Positions 12,622-26,169 of a stretch of DNA of 64,000 nt are shown here, in pieces (the stretch's first letter is position 1; every line of letters starts with the position of its first letter). The position numbers and the translations under genes were made by a program. The notes under the pieces were generated by a model that was not told where the DNA came from, searched no databases, and saw only the letters and a list, made by a program, of their open reading frames with translations. Source of the DNA: Coniocarpon cinnabarinum (lineage: Eukaryota); assembly GCA_051942205.1 (NCBI GenBank), contig JAVECO010000085.1:1-64000 (forward strand), given 5' to 3'.

Positions 12622-14509
12622 TTTAGACAGTCGTCCGAGATTGATACCTGAAAATAATGACGAAGTTTCCAGTGAAGATAGAGAGTGCACCAGATCACAC
12701 TGGTGAGGAGAAGGCCCTGAGCTCGCAGCGGAGAAGACAGAGCAACAGCTTGGACGAGTGGCTCAATACATTGACATATAAGGCGTTCCTCACACTGCGA
12801 AGGGGTGGGCCAGGCAAAGGAGAAGCGTATCATAATCGTCCTGCATGACCGTTGTCGATTGTCTCCACGCTCTAATGCAAGAGGACAGTAGGCTCCCCTC
12901 ATTCCTGAAGGATTAACCAATGTAGATGGACCAATATATCCGGACAAAGTCTCATACAACACGGCCTGCTGGGTACCCACGATAGGCTCGACACAGGACG
13001 AGACTCGACTGTCGAATGTGCGCCTCAACAGCGAAACAATGGGCAAGGACTTGTCGCCACGTACGCTGCGGAAAGTGAAGCAGCGAAGTCGTACGAGTCA
13101 GCTGCCACTCGGATCTATACTTTATGTGCGAGAAACCTCAGTGCTTCCTCAGCTGGACAGTGACCTAGTAAAGGCATGCGACCTGATGTCGACCTCTTGG
13201 AGTAAACGAATGTGTTCTTGTTTGGAGCTTGTTCGAGTACTTTGGATGCCTTTAGCATACTATATGCATGAAGGCTGCGAATGTGTGACCGCGGAGCAGT
13301 TTGCAGCATACATCACAATGACAAGAAGCCCATGAACGAGTGCGAGCTCTTAATACTGATCAAGTCGAGTAAAATAGCTGCTATTCTCGAGTCCAGGCTG
13401 CGAGTTGCGCGTCAAGTGCCTCATCGCGGTCAGTATTAATAGTTGCACGTAAAACTGATCTGTCAACCCACATGACTTTAGCATTCTAGCGCACAGGCAA
13501 GTGAGTCTTTTCGATGAGCAGCTGCTCGTGGCAACATTGGTCATCTCGGAAGTCTACTTTCGAGATGATATTGCAGGGGTGCTAGAATGTTGAGCAGCTA
13601 CTGGGGGGCAAATTTGAGTCACGTGATTTTGCCGATACGTGCCTTGGCTCGCGAGTTCAGGGGATGAGAAATAACTTCGAAGCAATGAAGTTTCTTTCCC
13701 AAGAGAAGAGCTTGAAACGTCCGTTGCCATTGCCTGTGTGCAGTGTACCCTCCACGTATGCAGTGCTTCAAGTGCAGAACCTTCGTTCGAGAGACTGTGA
13801 GTGCTCACTGACTTCTCAGTGGGTGACTGTGTCCTGCTTCCAGCACCTACGATCACTCAGACTGTCCGCCAGGCGACTACAAGACCATCAATATAGTCTT
13901 CCTGGCTCAAAAATGACTGGAAGTCAAAACTTCACGCTGTATCTCAGCAATCGCAGTCAAGGCGTGGTATAGGTACTCACTGTCGAGCGGCAACGATCCG
14001 CTTTAGCAAGAGGCAACAGCCAGACTCTTGGTTGAGTAATACCACATGCTGTAGCAGCGTAGCTTCTGAGTTTCAAGATTGAATCGGGAGTCGAGTCCCG
14101 CGCACACCTACGATTGCCATACGCGAGAAATCGTAGCTGACGGTACTGACACCGGGTATGCCAAGTATCAGAAATCAATCATGCTGTCGACTTGAACTAC
14201 TACCCCTTGAATTTCGACATCCTCTCGCCGATCATACGGCGCCAAAAACTCACCCGGAAAATCTGCATACTCCGGGATCGAAGTGCTGGGCCTCATGCTT
14301 GCATGCATCTTGTAATCACGTGACGCGCGCAAGTTGAGAAGCGCAAACTCGCCTTGTGTAGCCGCTTCCTGATCAACGGTTTCAATGGCTCTGATCTGAT
14401 CGTGTTGAAGCTAGTAAAGGTCAGATCACCGCAGATTCAGCCACACTCGCCGTCACAAGTGAAAAATCACTGCAACAGTCGCTGGCTCTCTCTTGAGCAA
14501 GAGCTTGAC

Positions 14510-15470
14510 ATGGCTTCTAAGCTCACGCTTGGTGGAGGCGTAGCTTTGGTTACTGGGGTCTGTTGCACGCCTGTTCCCATAGCGCTTTCCTCGCTGATGA
14601 ACATAGGCGGCATCTGGTATTGGCAAAGGTGTTGCACTAGCTTTTGCAGAAGCAGGTGTGGCTGGAGTGGTCGTTGCAGATGTTAATGAGCATGGCGCGC
14701 AGAGCACAGCAGAGGAGCTGGGTCAATACGCTACCCACAATCGATTCCGTGCGATAGCTGTCAAAGTTGACATCGTCGACGAGGCAAGCGTGCAGGATAT
14801 GGTTGACACCGCCAAGAAAGAGTTTGGGCGAATTGATTACAGTGTCAATAGCGCAGGCGTAAGTTCTTTAAGGGTCTTGCCTCCAGCTAAAACTCATAAG
14901 AGCTGCTCCTAACGCCTCGCTAAGTTGGGGAACCTTTCAGGCGCTTTAACACCGAATCTTAAACTTGATGTCTTCTCCAAAACCATCGACGTCAATATCA
15001 AGGGGACATTGTATTGCGTCCGAGCTGTCAGCAAAGCCATGGCAGACCAAGAGCCTTCGACACACTCGGATCGACATGGAGACCGCGAATTGGGTAGAGG
15101 ATCGATCGTCAACCTCGGCTCGGTCAACTCGTACACCGCAGCGCCCGGGATGCTGCCGTATACGACGTCGAAACACGCACTCATGGGGCTCACAAAGTCT
15201 GCGGCTCTTGATTGTCTCCAGAACCGCATCCGCATCAACGCAGTGTGCCCTTCCTGGGTCGATACGCCCATGATGCAGGCAAGTCTGCAGCGTGTACCTA
15301 TGCTTGGAGAGATCATCAGGAAAGTCTCGCCATTACAACGTGCCGCATCGGTCCCGGAAGTTGCGGACTACATCATCTTCCTTTGCAGTCCTTCGGCAAG
15401 TTACATCAATGGGACTGGTCTAACCATGGATGCAGGCGCAACGTTGACGACGCCAAATCCGAGGATGTAG
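14510..15470 (+). CDS. Short-chain dehydrogenase/reductase, spliced
   Basis: 'VALVTG|AASGIG' cofactor motif across an intron, 'FGRIDYSVNSAG', 'IVNLGS', YxxxK 'YTTSKHA', 'IRINAVCPSWVDTPM'. Confidence 0.92.
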
Positions 15471-15934
15471 ACACTTGTCTCTCATTTGGAACTGCATGGA
15501 AAGAAGCTAGGGCTAAACCGCCGTTGCTAATTTTATTTACTGCATTCGAGCCCTTGCCAAGCTTAGTATGACTATAGCTCTGGAGGTGCCAACATGAATG
15601 TCACACAATATCTCGCACTCTTGGAGAGTTATCCAGCAACATCTAGACACTGATCTCCAGTATGTGACACTATAGGTAGTGCTGTTCGAGGACTGTGCTC
15701 CTCGGGCCAGCGCATGACTCAGCGCCGAAGTCCCTTTGCCACATGCAGGGTCAATCGCTGCTAACGCATGCACAGGTCCACTTGCAGACAAGCCGCTTTG
15801 CGAGAACACAGATGTAACCGTGTCATTCAGTAATTACTAGGTAGTTGCATCCGCGACTGAGTGCTGTACGCTTTGTAGTCCCATCTCTCCCTAGAAGAAC
15901 ACGTGACTTTTGTGCCATACCGTCTTCGCATACT

Positions 15935-17229
15935 ATGTCTGATGCAGAATCAATAAAACATGCACTTCAAGTGATTGACGATGCCAACTCATCCTCGTTC
16001 CATGGCGACGAAAAAGCACGAAGGCAGGCTCTTGAAAGCGTGAGATCGCTCTACTCAAGGCTGCAGAGTCCTTGGGAGAGTCTGGCGAGGCTTATATGGT
16101 TGGAAGTGGGTTTCCTCCCCCAACCGTATGCATCTTAGCAGCGCACATCGACTTATGCCTGGCAGCCTGCAACCGCTGTTGCAATCAAGATAGCAATCGA
16201 TTGCAAAGTACTGGAGTTCCTGAACAACGCCGAACAAGGGCGCCACGTCGAAGAGCTAGCGAAATGCTGCGGTGCTCAGCCATCTTTCTTGGGCCGTATA
16301 CTTCGCATGTTAGCGTCTGTGCATGTTGTACGTGAGCCTCAAATTGGCCGCTTTGCAGCAACGGACTTTTCAAAAGCCCTGACCGGCCCCGGCTACACTG
16401 GTGGATTTGCACACTTATGCTCTGTGATTTGGCCAGTATTTGCAGCTATGCCCCAGTATTTCGCTCAGAATGGATACGCAGATCCAAAAGATGGTCCACA
16501 AACTCCGTGGCAATTTGGGAAAGACACCGAGCTGAGCCTTTTCGAATGGCTTGCGTCAAAACCCGAGGAAGGGCGCGCTTTCAACTCGCTAATGGCTATC
16601 GCCCATGAGCATTCAAATGTTAGCTGGCTTCACATGTATCCTTTGCAGCGACTCACTGACGGGGCGGATATTGATGCGCCTTTTGTTGTGGATGTTGGAG
16701 GAGGTGTTGGTGAGTAGTATGCACAGATTGGGAACTTATGAACTTGCTTACCCTTTAAACAGGTCGAGACATGGACAATCTCCGCCAGTCCACGCTGCCG
16801 ATCCAGTATGAAATCGTTGTTCAAGACCTTGCGAAGGTCGTCGAACATGGAAAAACAATGCACGAGTCTTTGCGATTCATGTCTCACGACTTTTTCCAGG
16901 AGCAGCCTGTGCGAAGAGCGCGAGCTTATATCATGTCTAACGTACTGCATGATTGGCCAGATGCAGCGGCGACGACAATTTTGCAGAAGCTGAGGCCTGC
17001 CTTTGTTAGTGGCTATAGTAAGCTCCTGATTTGTGACAACGTCTTGCCAGACACGAATATTTCGCCGGCGTCAGGAGCACTTGATATGCTCATGACGGGA
17101 CTTTTCAGTTCGAAAGAGAGGACACAGACCGACTGGAAGAATGTATTGGAGAGTGGAGGGTTTCGTATAAGTAACGTATTTCGCTCGGATACGTGGGCAC
17201 GGTCGGTGATTGAGGCAGAGCCAGTATGA
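15935..17229 (+). CDS. O-methyltransferase (secondary-metabolism type), spliced
   Basis: N-terminal dimerisation region 'LGRILRMLASVHVVRE', 'VVDVGGGVG', 'IVVQDL', 'HDFFQEQPV', 'SNVLHDWPD', 'SKERT'. Confidence 0.92.
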
Positions 17230-17838
17230 CTGGCAAAATTTAAGGGCCTTCTTGATTCTTGATCTCACACGAATCTTGTTCTATGAAACTCTTCTCCCAA
17301 TTTCTCTTGTGCCAGCGTTATGGGTGTGAACGTGTTCCGCGATCATGTCAACTTTTGCCGAGGAGTCTGTTCAGGACGGCAAGGGCTTCGTAGGAAAGTA
17401 CTTGCCGCAAGATTATTCAGCTTTTAACAAAGGGCTTCAGCCGCTGTATTTATAGCTTTTGAAACCCGAATTGTTCTTATTGCATAGGCTCATCGCGTGG
17501 ACTAAGTACCGGCAATGACCTTTATCGGCAATTCTTCCGGTGGCCATTTTTTTCCTTCGGCATGAGCTTGAGAGACGCTTGCCTGTCCTTTGTGTCTCGC
17601 ATGGATTGGCACCAGAAACTTTCCCATAACATTAACTAATACGACTGTGATGCGTAGTACTGCTGAACTCCTGTGATTTCATGATAAAGCCAGAAGGAAA
17701 TCATAAGAAAAGTGCTGCACCTAAGTAAACTTTCTTTTCTGGGGGTCTCAATGCGTTTGACTGCGGGGCTGAAGCAATCCATCTGCTATTGTAGAAATGG
17801 GTTTGAAATTGCTATCACCGTGATCAACATTGTCGGCA

Positions 17839-18192
17839 TCACTTTCCTTCTCTCCATGGTTCCAAGTTCCGAATCAGCTTAGCAAGCTTCTTTTCGTTCT
17901 TCTTCTCCGGATCACTCGTCTCCTCTTCCTGCCGTTCGCGCTTCTCTGCGTTCTCCTTTGCCTGCTCAGCCTCTCGCTTCTCCATCTCTTCCTTACACGC
18001 TTTATTTTCTTTGCCGCGCTGAAGACGCGCCTCTGTCTCGCAGTTTTCGCATAACCCTTTTGATTCGGGGTATATCCATTCTTTGCCGTCGCAACCTTCC
18101 TTGCTGCATCCATTCCACAGTGAAGGCTTTTTGTTTTGGTGCCCGCATTCGAAGGTGGGCATCCAGTGGTGGGGATGAAGTCTTGAGGTCAT
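17839..18192 (-). CDS. Small hypothetical protein with Cys/His cluster and charged coiled-coil tail
   Basis: 117-aa ATG ORF: 'FECGH...GCSKEGC...LCENC' followed by an E/K/R-rich helix; AT-rich upstream region. Confidence 0.5.
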   Translation of the reverse strand: MTSRLHPHHWMPTFECGHQNKKPSLWNGCSKEGCDGKEWIYPESKGLCENCETEARLQRGKENKACKEEMEKREAEQAKENAEKRERQEEETSDPEKKNEKKLAKLIRNLEPWREGK

Positions 18193-19170
18193 TGTGTTAT
18201 TATTCTTGTATTCGTGACCACTAAGTGAGAAATAAAGCAGTGAATCAGATTAATGCCTTTGAGGTAATGAAAGGGAGGAAAACAAGCAACGATCGCCTCA
18301 TTGCCGCGAAAATAGATAGGTATAGGCGCATTCGAAGGCCTCAATAAACGTGGCATACTCAAGTCACTAGGCCCGACACAGTGGAAGACTCTGACGTTCT
18401 AATTAGTGCAAGTAATCCTCATCCCAGAGCAGTTGGCGGTCCCTTGCAGGATCGTGCCGCTTTCCGCCCCGTTTGTTGGAAGGGGCGAGGCGAATCACTG
18501 CCGGGGTGATCTGTCCTAGATGGCAGATACTGGTGTGGAAAATGGGTCCGTTTCAAGTGCTTTCTTGACATCACTTCACGGCGCTAGCATCCACCCGGGT
18601 CGATTTGGAAGCGCCTCACACGAGCAAGGCACTGGAACTGAGCTGCATGCAGTTTAGCTTATAAGGCCTTCTCAAATTTTCAGAGCCGATAAAGACACGT
18701 ATGCTCGATGCGTTACATGTTGCGAGATTCCCAAGAAGTCATCTTAGGCGCGAGAACAGCTGGGAAGAGAAGATACGTGGATCGTTCCATACGAAAATCT
18801 GACGGAATACCTGCAGTTACTGCCTAATATGTTAGGCTTAATATGTTAGGCTACATATCAATGCCCGTGTGTTTCCAGCGCCCTTTCGTTGCCATGCGTA
18901 GGGACGGTTTGTGATAACATAATTTAATGTGAAGTCGAGACCATTATGGTCAGGACTTGGTACCATATTCTTACAAAGACATTAATTGTACAGTGAACTG
19001 CATGCAGCAAGGGTCTTCACTTGCCGCGCGACAATTCAGCGTCTCCTGAGATACCACCGGCTTTCGTTGTTGTACTCATAGCTGTGACCCGAACTCTTCT
19101 GGCTGTATAGGCTCGTCGCCCAGACTGGAGATCCGGCAACGACTTCCGTCTGTGATCTTTGCAGCCATGC

Positions 19171-20634
<1,464 letters not shown>

Positions 20635-21395
20635 GGTGCGATGAAGTCGAGGCAAGAAGCCTCACCCTTTTTGAAAGCACAGCTGTCGTGGACGACACCT
20701 CGGAACAGTCTTTTGTTGTGTTGTGAGATCAGCTAGGAAGAAATGTTGTCTCACAGAAGCGCAGAAATCACAATGGGTGGAGTCGAGCAGCTTCTGATCC
20801 GGAGGTGTGCGTGAATAGTGGTGACGCTGTATTGCGGGGGACTGCTCTTTTGAACCGCAAATTACGCAGTGTATTAGAGAGATAGCAGCAGTGTCAAGTT
20901 GATAGAACGCTCTATGGATGCCACTGAGTACCTAGCAAGGTCCTCTCAGCATGCCGCATATCGATAATATTGTTCAATAGCTAGATCGGGCTTAGCGAAA
21001 ATAAACAATACCTGCCTACTTATCGAACGGCCTGCAAGTTGTAGTTCAGAGCGGTGGAACGTAATAAAGCTTCTATACCCGTCACAATTTCTTTGCAAGC
21101 ATAAAATTGCAAATTTCAGACACTTCTTAACAGCTAAGCCCAGAGAGAGCCCCGAAACTCTTTATCGACTTGCCCTTCTAACCCATTTCTCTACATCGAA
21201 TTCTGAAAAGGGACCTCTGGCAGGACTTAAGAGATACGCTATACGTATTTCATTGATACTTTGTATCGTTCGGACAAATTTCACAACACTTTTATGCTCT
21301 TAAGGACTAGCTTCTTGATGTGCATGGTGTAGCCAAACTTCTGCGTCGCGCACCGCGCGGTTACTAGATCCCTTTTCCTTTTATACTGTATCGGG

Positions 21396-24026
21396 ATGGA
21401 CGAAACTATGCAGGAATCGCAATCACAAGACGATGCTTCCGTCAAAGCTTCCTCAATCATCGAGACCACTGAGTTGCAAGACGTGGACGAATTGGCCAAT
21501 GACGATCTTAATGACTCCAGCCTGTCGCTTGATGGCACGACGGATCAGTCAATGCAGCAATCACTGCCATTGCCATCGGGTTATGAATTTGATGCTCCTC
21601 TACGTACAGCTCACTCTTCGACCACCTCGGCGCGCACCACGCCAAAGTCGGTTTTGCCTTCCCGCAAAGGCGAGCGAAAGTTCGTAGGCGTCCGAGTTCC
21701 CCAGCCAAAGTTCAAACCACTGCCTTACGCGTCAAGTCGGACGGGACTCGTTTTCGATACACGCATGCGTCACCATATGGACCAGATATCTTCAGATGAT
21801 GATGCACATCCCGAAAGACCGCAGAGAATCTTTTCAATCTGGAATGAAATCCGCAAGGCCGGGCTACTGATTGAGGATGAAAATGCTGAGGATGCGGACC
21901 AGGATTTCAAACTGCTGCGCATCGCTGTTCGAGAAGCAGAGGACGAGGAACTGCTTCTCGTTCATTCTCGAGAGCATGTAGATTTCGTGAAAAGTTGCGA
22001 GACGTGGGATCTGAGTGAGATCAAGAAGAGAACCGAAGTTGGAGAAGGGGAGTCTTCCATCTACTGGCACAGCCTTACGTGGCTCTGCGCGCAGCTAGCC
22101 GCTGGAGGCGCCATTGAGGCAACAAGAGCTGTTGCATTTCGACTGGTGAGAAACGCCGTGGCGATCATTAGACCACCTGGGCATCACGCAGAGCATGACA
22201 AACCCGGAGGGTTTTGCTTCTTTGACAATGTCGCAGTGGCAGCGCGTAACATCCAGGAGGAAACGAAGAGAGAGTCCGAACCAATCAGGAAGATCTTGAT
22301 TTTGGACTGGGATGTGCACCATGGAAATGGAGTTCAACAGGCCTTTTATGACGACCCGAACGTTCTGTACATCTCACTGCACGTATATGCCAATGGAGAA
22401 TTTTATCCGCATGGCGACTATGGAGACCATCTGCACTGGGGCAGTGGTTCAGCAGAGGGCAAAACCGTGAACATTCCTTGGATTCACCAGGGCATGAGAG
22501 ACGCAGACTATCTGCTGGCTTTCCAGCAAATAGTCATGCCTATTGCTTCAGAATTTGATCCTGATCTGGTAATGATATCGGCTGGTTTCGATGCAGCCGC
22601 GGGAGATCCGCTAGGCATGTGCTTTGTGTCGCCTGCTGGCTACGGACACATGACGCACATGCTGATGCAATTAGCCAATGGCAAAGTGGTTGCATGTCTC
22701 GAGGGAGGTTACAATCTTCAGTCGATTGCCGTGTCTGCACTGGCAATGACACGGACACTAATGGGTGAACCCCCAGAGCGTATCGGCGAGCTTGCCCCGT
22801 CACCATCTGCTGTTCAGACCATTCAGAACGTGATAGAAACGCAAAGCCGGTTCTGGAATTGCATGCATCCCAAAGTGAAGGCTCTTGATAATCACCGCGA
22901 ACTTGGCAGTGAGCGTCTACACGACGTGGTCCGCGAATACCAATCCAAGACACTCTTTGAAAGTTATCAAATGGCGGAGCTTAAGATTCGGCGGAAAGGT
23001 CTCTCGAGGACGTTCAAAGACCAAGTTCTCGCTTTGTTCAATTATGGAGAAAAGCGCCCCTTGTTGGTGATCTTGCACGATCCGCCGGAGATTCTCGGCA
23101 TACCAGATCCTCGTACCAGTCAAATTGAGTTGCATAACACTTTCCTAGTAAGTCAACGAGGGCCTTGAGTTGGCGGTAACACTGACGCAGACTAAGACTG
23201 ATGGTTGCAAGACGTACATTGACTGGGCAGTCAAGCATGAATGGAGTGTCATCGACGTAAATATTCCACGTCATTACAGTTCAGAGGCAAGTGATCCGTT
23301 CAAGTATGATGGATTTGCTTGCTAAATGTCGCTTAGGACACTGCGGCCGCCATTGTTCCGCCAGATTCATTGCGTCAACGACAGCAAGACTGCCGTGAGC
23401 TTGCACTCTATCTTTGGCAGAACTACATAGAAACCGGAGATAGCACCCACGTCATCTTCATGGGGATAGGAGATGCTTACAATGGCATTGCGGAACTCTA
23501 CAAAGCACATCCTATAATACTCAAAAACGTCACCCTAACGGTAGGCTTTTTGGCTGAGCACGACATCAGAGGAGTTTCCGACCAGGAGGACGAACTCGTT
23601 TCAAAGACCTATGCGCGGAACACGCTTATTCTCGTAAGCTCGGAGCATCCTGTTTGGGACCCGGAAGGGCGCAAGCTGAAAAAACGTCACGGAAATGTTG
23701 AGAAAAGCAAACGAAGTAGGCTCCAAGAAATGCTGATTTACGATCGGGACACGGTTCTTGAAGCACTAGCAGATTGTACTGCAGGGTGGAAAGAACAACT
23801 CAGCCAAGATGAGCCCGTCTCGCCCATTATGATTGACGATGGTGTGGGTAACGACAACGCCATGGATATTGACAGAGGGCGAAGTGTCGCAAACCCTGTC
23901 TGGATTGACGGTGCCAATGATGGATTCATAAGCCAAGTCCAAACGAGTCCCATGAAGGCAGGCTTCTCGACGCCGCCTGTTGGCCATTTTCCCACTGCGA
24001 AGCAAGCGACGCCGACCAGGCCGTAG
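21396..24026 (+). CDS. HDA1: Class II histone deacetylase (Hda1/Clr3) with C-terminal Arb2-like region, spliced
   Basis: 'HPERPQRI', 'RPPGHHAE', 'GFCFFDNVAVA', 'DWDVHHGNG', 'SAGFDAAAGD', 'LEGGYNL'; continues through introns to ORF 23370..24026. Confidence 0.93.
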
Positions 24027-24774
24027 AGAACATGCATTTGATACCCCAAGGAATCATCAACGAAGTAACGAGTCTCGGTACGGTATTACCTGACACTGGA
24101 CTACATCAATGCATCACGCTTTGTGTGTCTGGTTGGTTTAGCATGGGTAAAGCCATCCACAGCTTCTACGAATAGTCCAAAATATCAACACTTGATCCTC
24201 CCATGCCGGGGCTGCTTGAAATGAAGCGAAAGCCCCACTGTTTTGGATACCGCACAAGAATGCCCACCAAGCTTTGCTCAAAGAGATACTAGCTTGTTGT
24301 GGCAAACCAAAGTATTGCTGGAGATGTGCATGTCTGGCCCAGGAATAGACTAAGTCCTTTCGTATTATTTGAGATGTGGATATGGCCGAGAAGACATGTG
24401 GTGACCGTATGAGAGAACGTGATTTGTGAATAACGACGTCACTTGCGGAATGAGATTGATACCCGCCTTTCTACGCCAGGAAGCACATATGAAATTTGCG
24501 ACCTCACTATCGTTCCCTCGGGACACCTCAAAGCTCTTTAGTGGCGGGAATGTTAACCCTGTTGAACGACTGAGAAAATTCCATCTCCGAGCTTGGATTA
24601 GATTACGAGATGATCTAATATTTTACAAGATTCGGAACAGCGAATTCGTCTCTATGCCCACGCTATGCTCTGAGTACAGTTCAACTCCTGCAAATGCCGA
24701 TGAGGAATGCCAATAGGGAAAATGCAGCCCTCGACTCTAGGCAAACAATCGTAAAGCCTCCCATGGTTCGATTT

Positions 24775-25665
24775 TCAGTCTTCGCGACCCATCATTCGTC
24801 GATATACCTTCTTGTGCTGCTCCAAAAACAAAAACGTCGCGATCGTGTGCGGCCCCAAACGAACAAAACTCGGCAGCCATCCCCGCCACATCCACCGCCA
24901 ACCTTCTTTCGCTGTGGTATCTCGTACAATGCCCCAAATTCCACCACTGCCTGCTTCATGTGCGCTCATCACTCGCGTCTTGACCACGTCCACGGGACTG
25001 CACACCGTCGTCGCTACGAACCCGGCCAGCAGACTCGCGGAAAAATGTGTTGTCAGATCGTCGCGGAAACCGAGATTGCTATCCATGAGCATGCGCTTGA
25101 AGCTGTCGTAGCTGGCTAGTTGCGACGCTGTCATCAGCATTGCCCGCGCTGAGTTCGGCCATACACCTCTGAACAGGCTTCCCAGGCCCTCAGTCCGTGT
25201 CATCCGTACGAGACCCTCAAATGCGTTTTTGTAATTTCGTCGCTGTGCTGCTGGCAGCGCTGCGTCGTGTTGCATCCGCACATTCAACACATCCGCTGGA
25301 TTCCCTGCGATGCCGCCCAGGAAGCCGGAAAACGAACTCAGCGCGATTAAACTCAGAACACTTGGCTCCTCCTTCCCTCTCCCGTTTACGCGCGAAGTCC
25401 CCGTGAAGGCGTCTTTACTTGCTTCGTACACGCCGAAGCGCGTGGTGCTGTAGGTGGCCTGCCGCAGGATGCTGGCGGAGAGACCTCTGTAGAGACCACG
25501 CAGACCATGGTCAGAAAAGATGTGGGTGAACATCTGTAGCATGTTGCGCCGTGGCCGGTCATGAGGTTGAGTCTGTAGGCGCACTTTTATGAGGTCGAGA
25601 GGGTGAGTGACACATGCTGCGAAGCATGATGCTGACCCTCCGAACCAGAATGGGTAGTGGAGAGC

Positions 25666-25716
<51 letters not shown>

Positions 25717-25806
25717 GTCTTGCTGCTGTTGCTGAGCCTGAAGCTGCGAGCGCTTTGGCCGCGAATGGCGACGATCATGGTGAAAGGAAACAGCGTCTTC
25801 GGGCAT
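24775..25806 (-). CDS. DIC1: Mitochondrial dicarboxylate carrier with N-terminal polyQ
   Basis: 'YPFWFGGSASCFAACVTHPLDLIKVRLQ', three carrier repeats (PxDxxK/NxR), 'RQATYSTTRFG', 'RLGPHT'. Confidence 0.92.
25666..25716 (-). repeat. (CAGCAA)n microsatellite encoding polyglutamine
   Basis: Perfect TTGCTG hexamer array on the + strand within the DIC1 5' coding region; encodes a 17-Q run. Confidence 0.95.
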
Positions 25807-26169
25807 GATCCTGAGGGTTATGGAAGACGTGCTCTGTGACGGAGCAAGGGCAAGCTTTACGGATGACGGTGCATGTTGTCTGTGGAGCTCTGGGGAGAAC
25901 GCGGCAAGACAGAAGGATCGAAATCAAAGGAGCGGACAGGCTTTGCTGCCTTTCATGACAGAGCTAGAAGAAGTGGCTAAGGTGAAATAATGTATAGCAC
26001 TGCGGCAAAACCGTGCACCTCGGACGAGACGCAGAGACATCCGACGTCAGATCGGTATTTGTATAGCCAGGTCGAATCTTGGAAACAGCACCGATGATCA
26101 GGGAAGCTCTGACAGATACACAAGCATACAAGTGACCTCTTGTCTGCAGCATTCCGGTCACCGGCCCAG

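Noticed and set aside
12622..14509. 1.9-kb UbiA/SDR intergenic region as a possible hidden core biosynthetic gene
   Set aside because: Only short ORFs with no recognisable PKS, NRPS, cyclase or P450 motifs; treated as a divergent promoter region.
18822..18852. Tandem 14-nt duplication TAATATGTTAGGCT, near-palindromic
   Set aside because: Only two copies and no adjacent element ends; most simply replication slippage.
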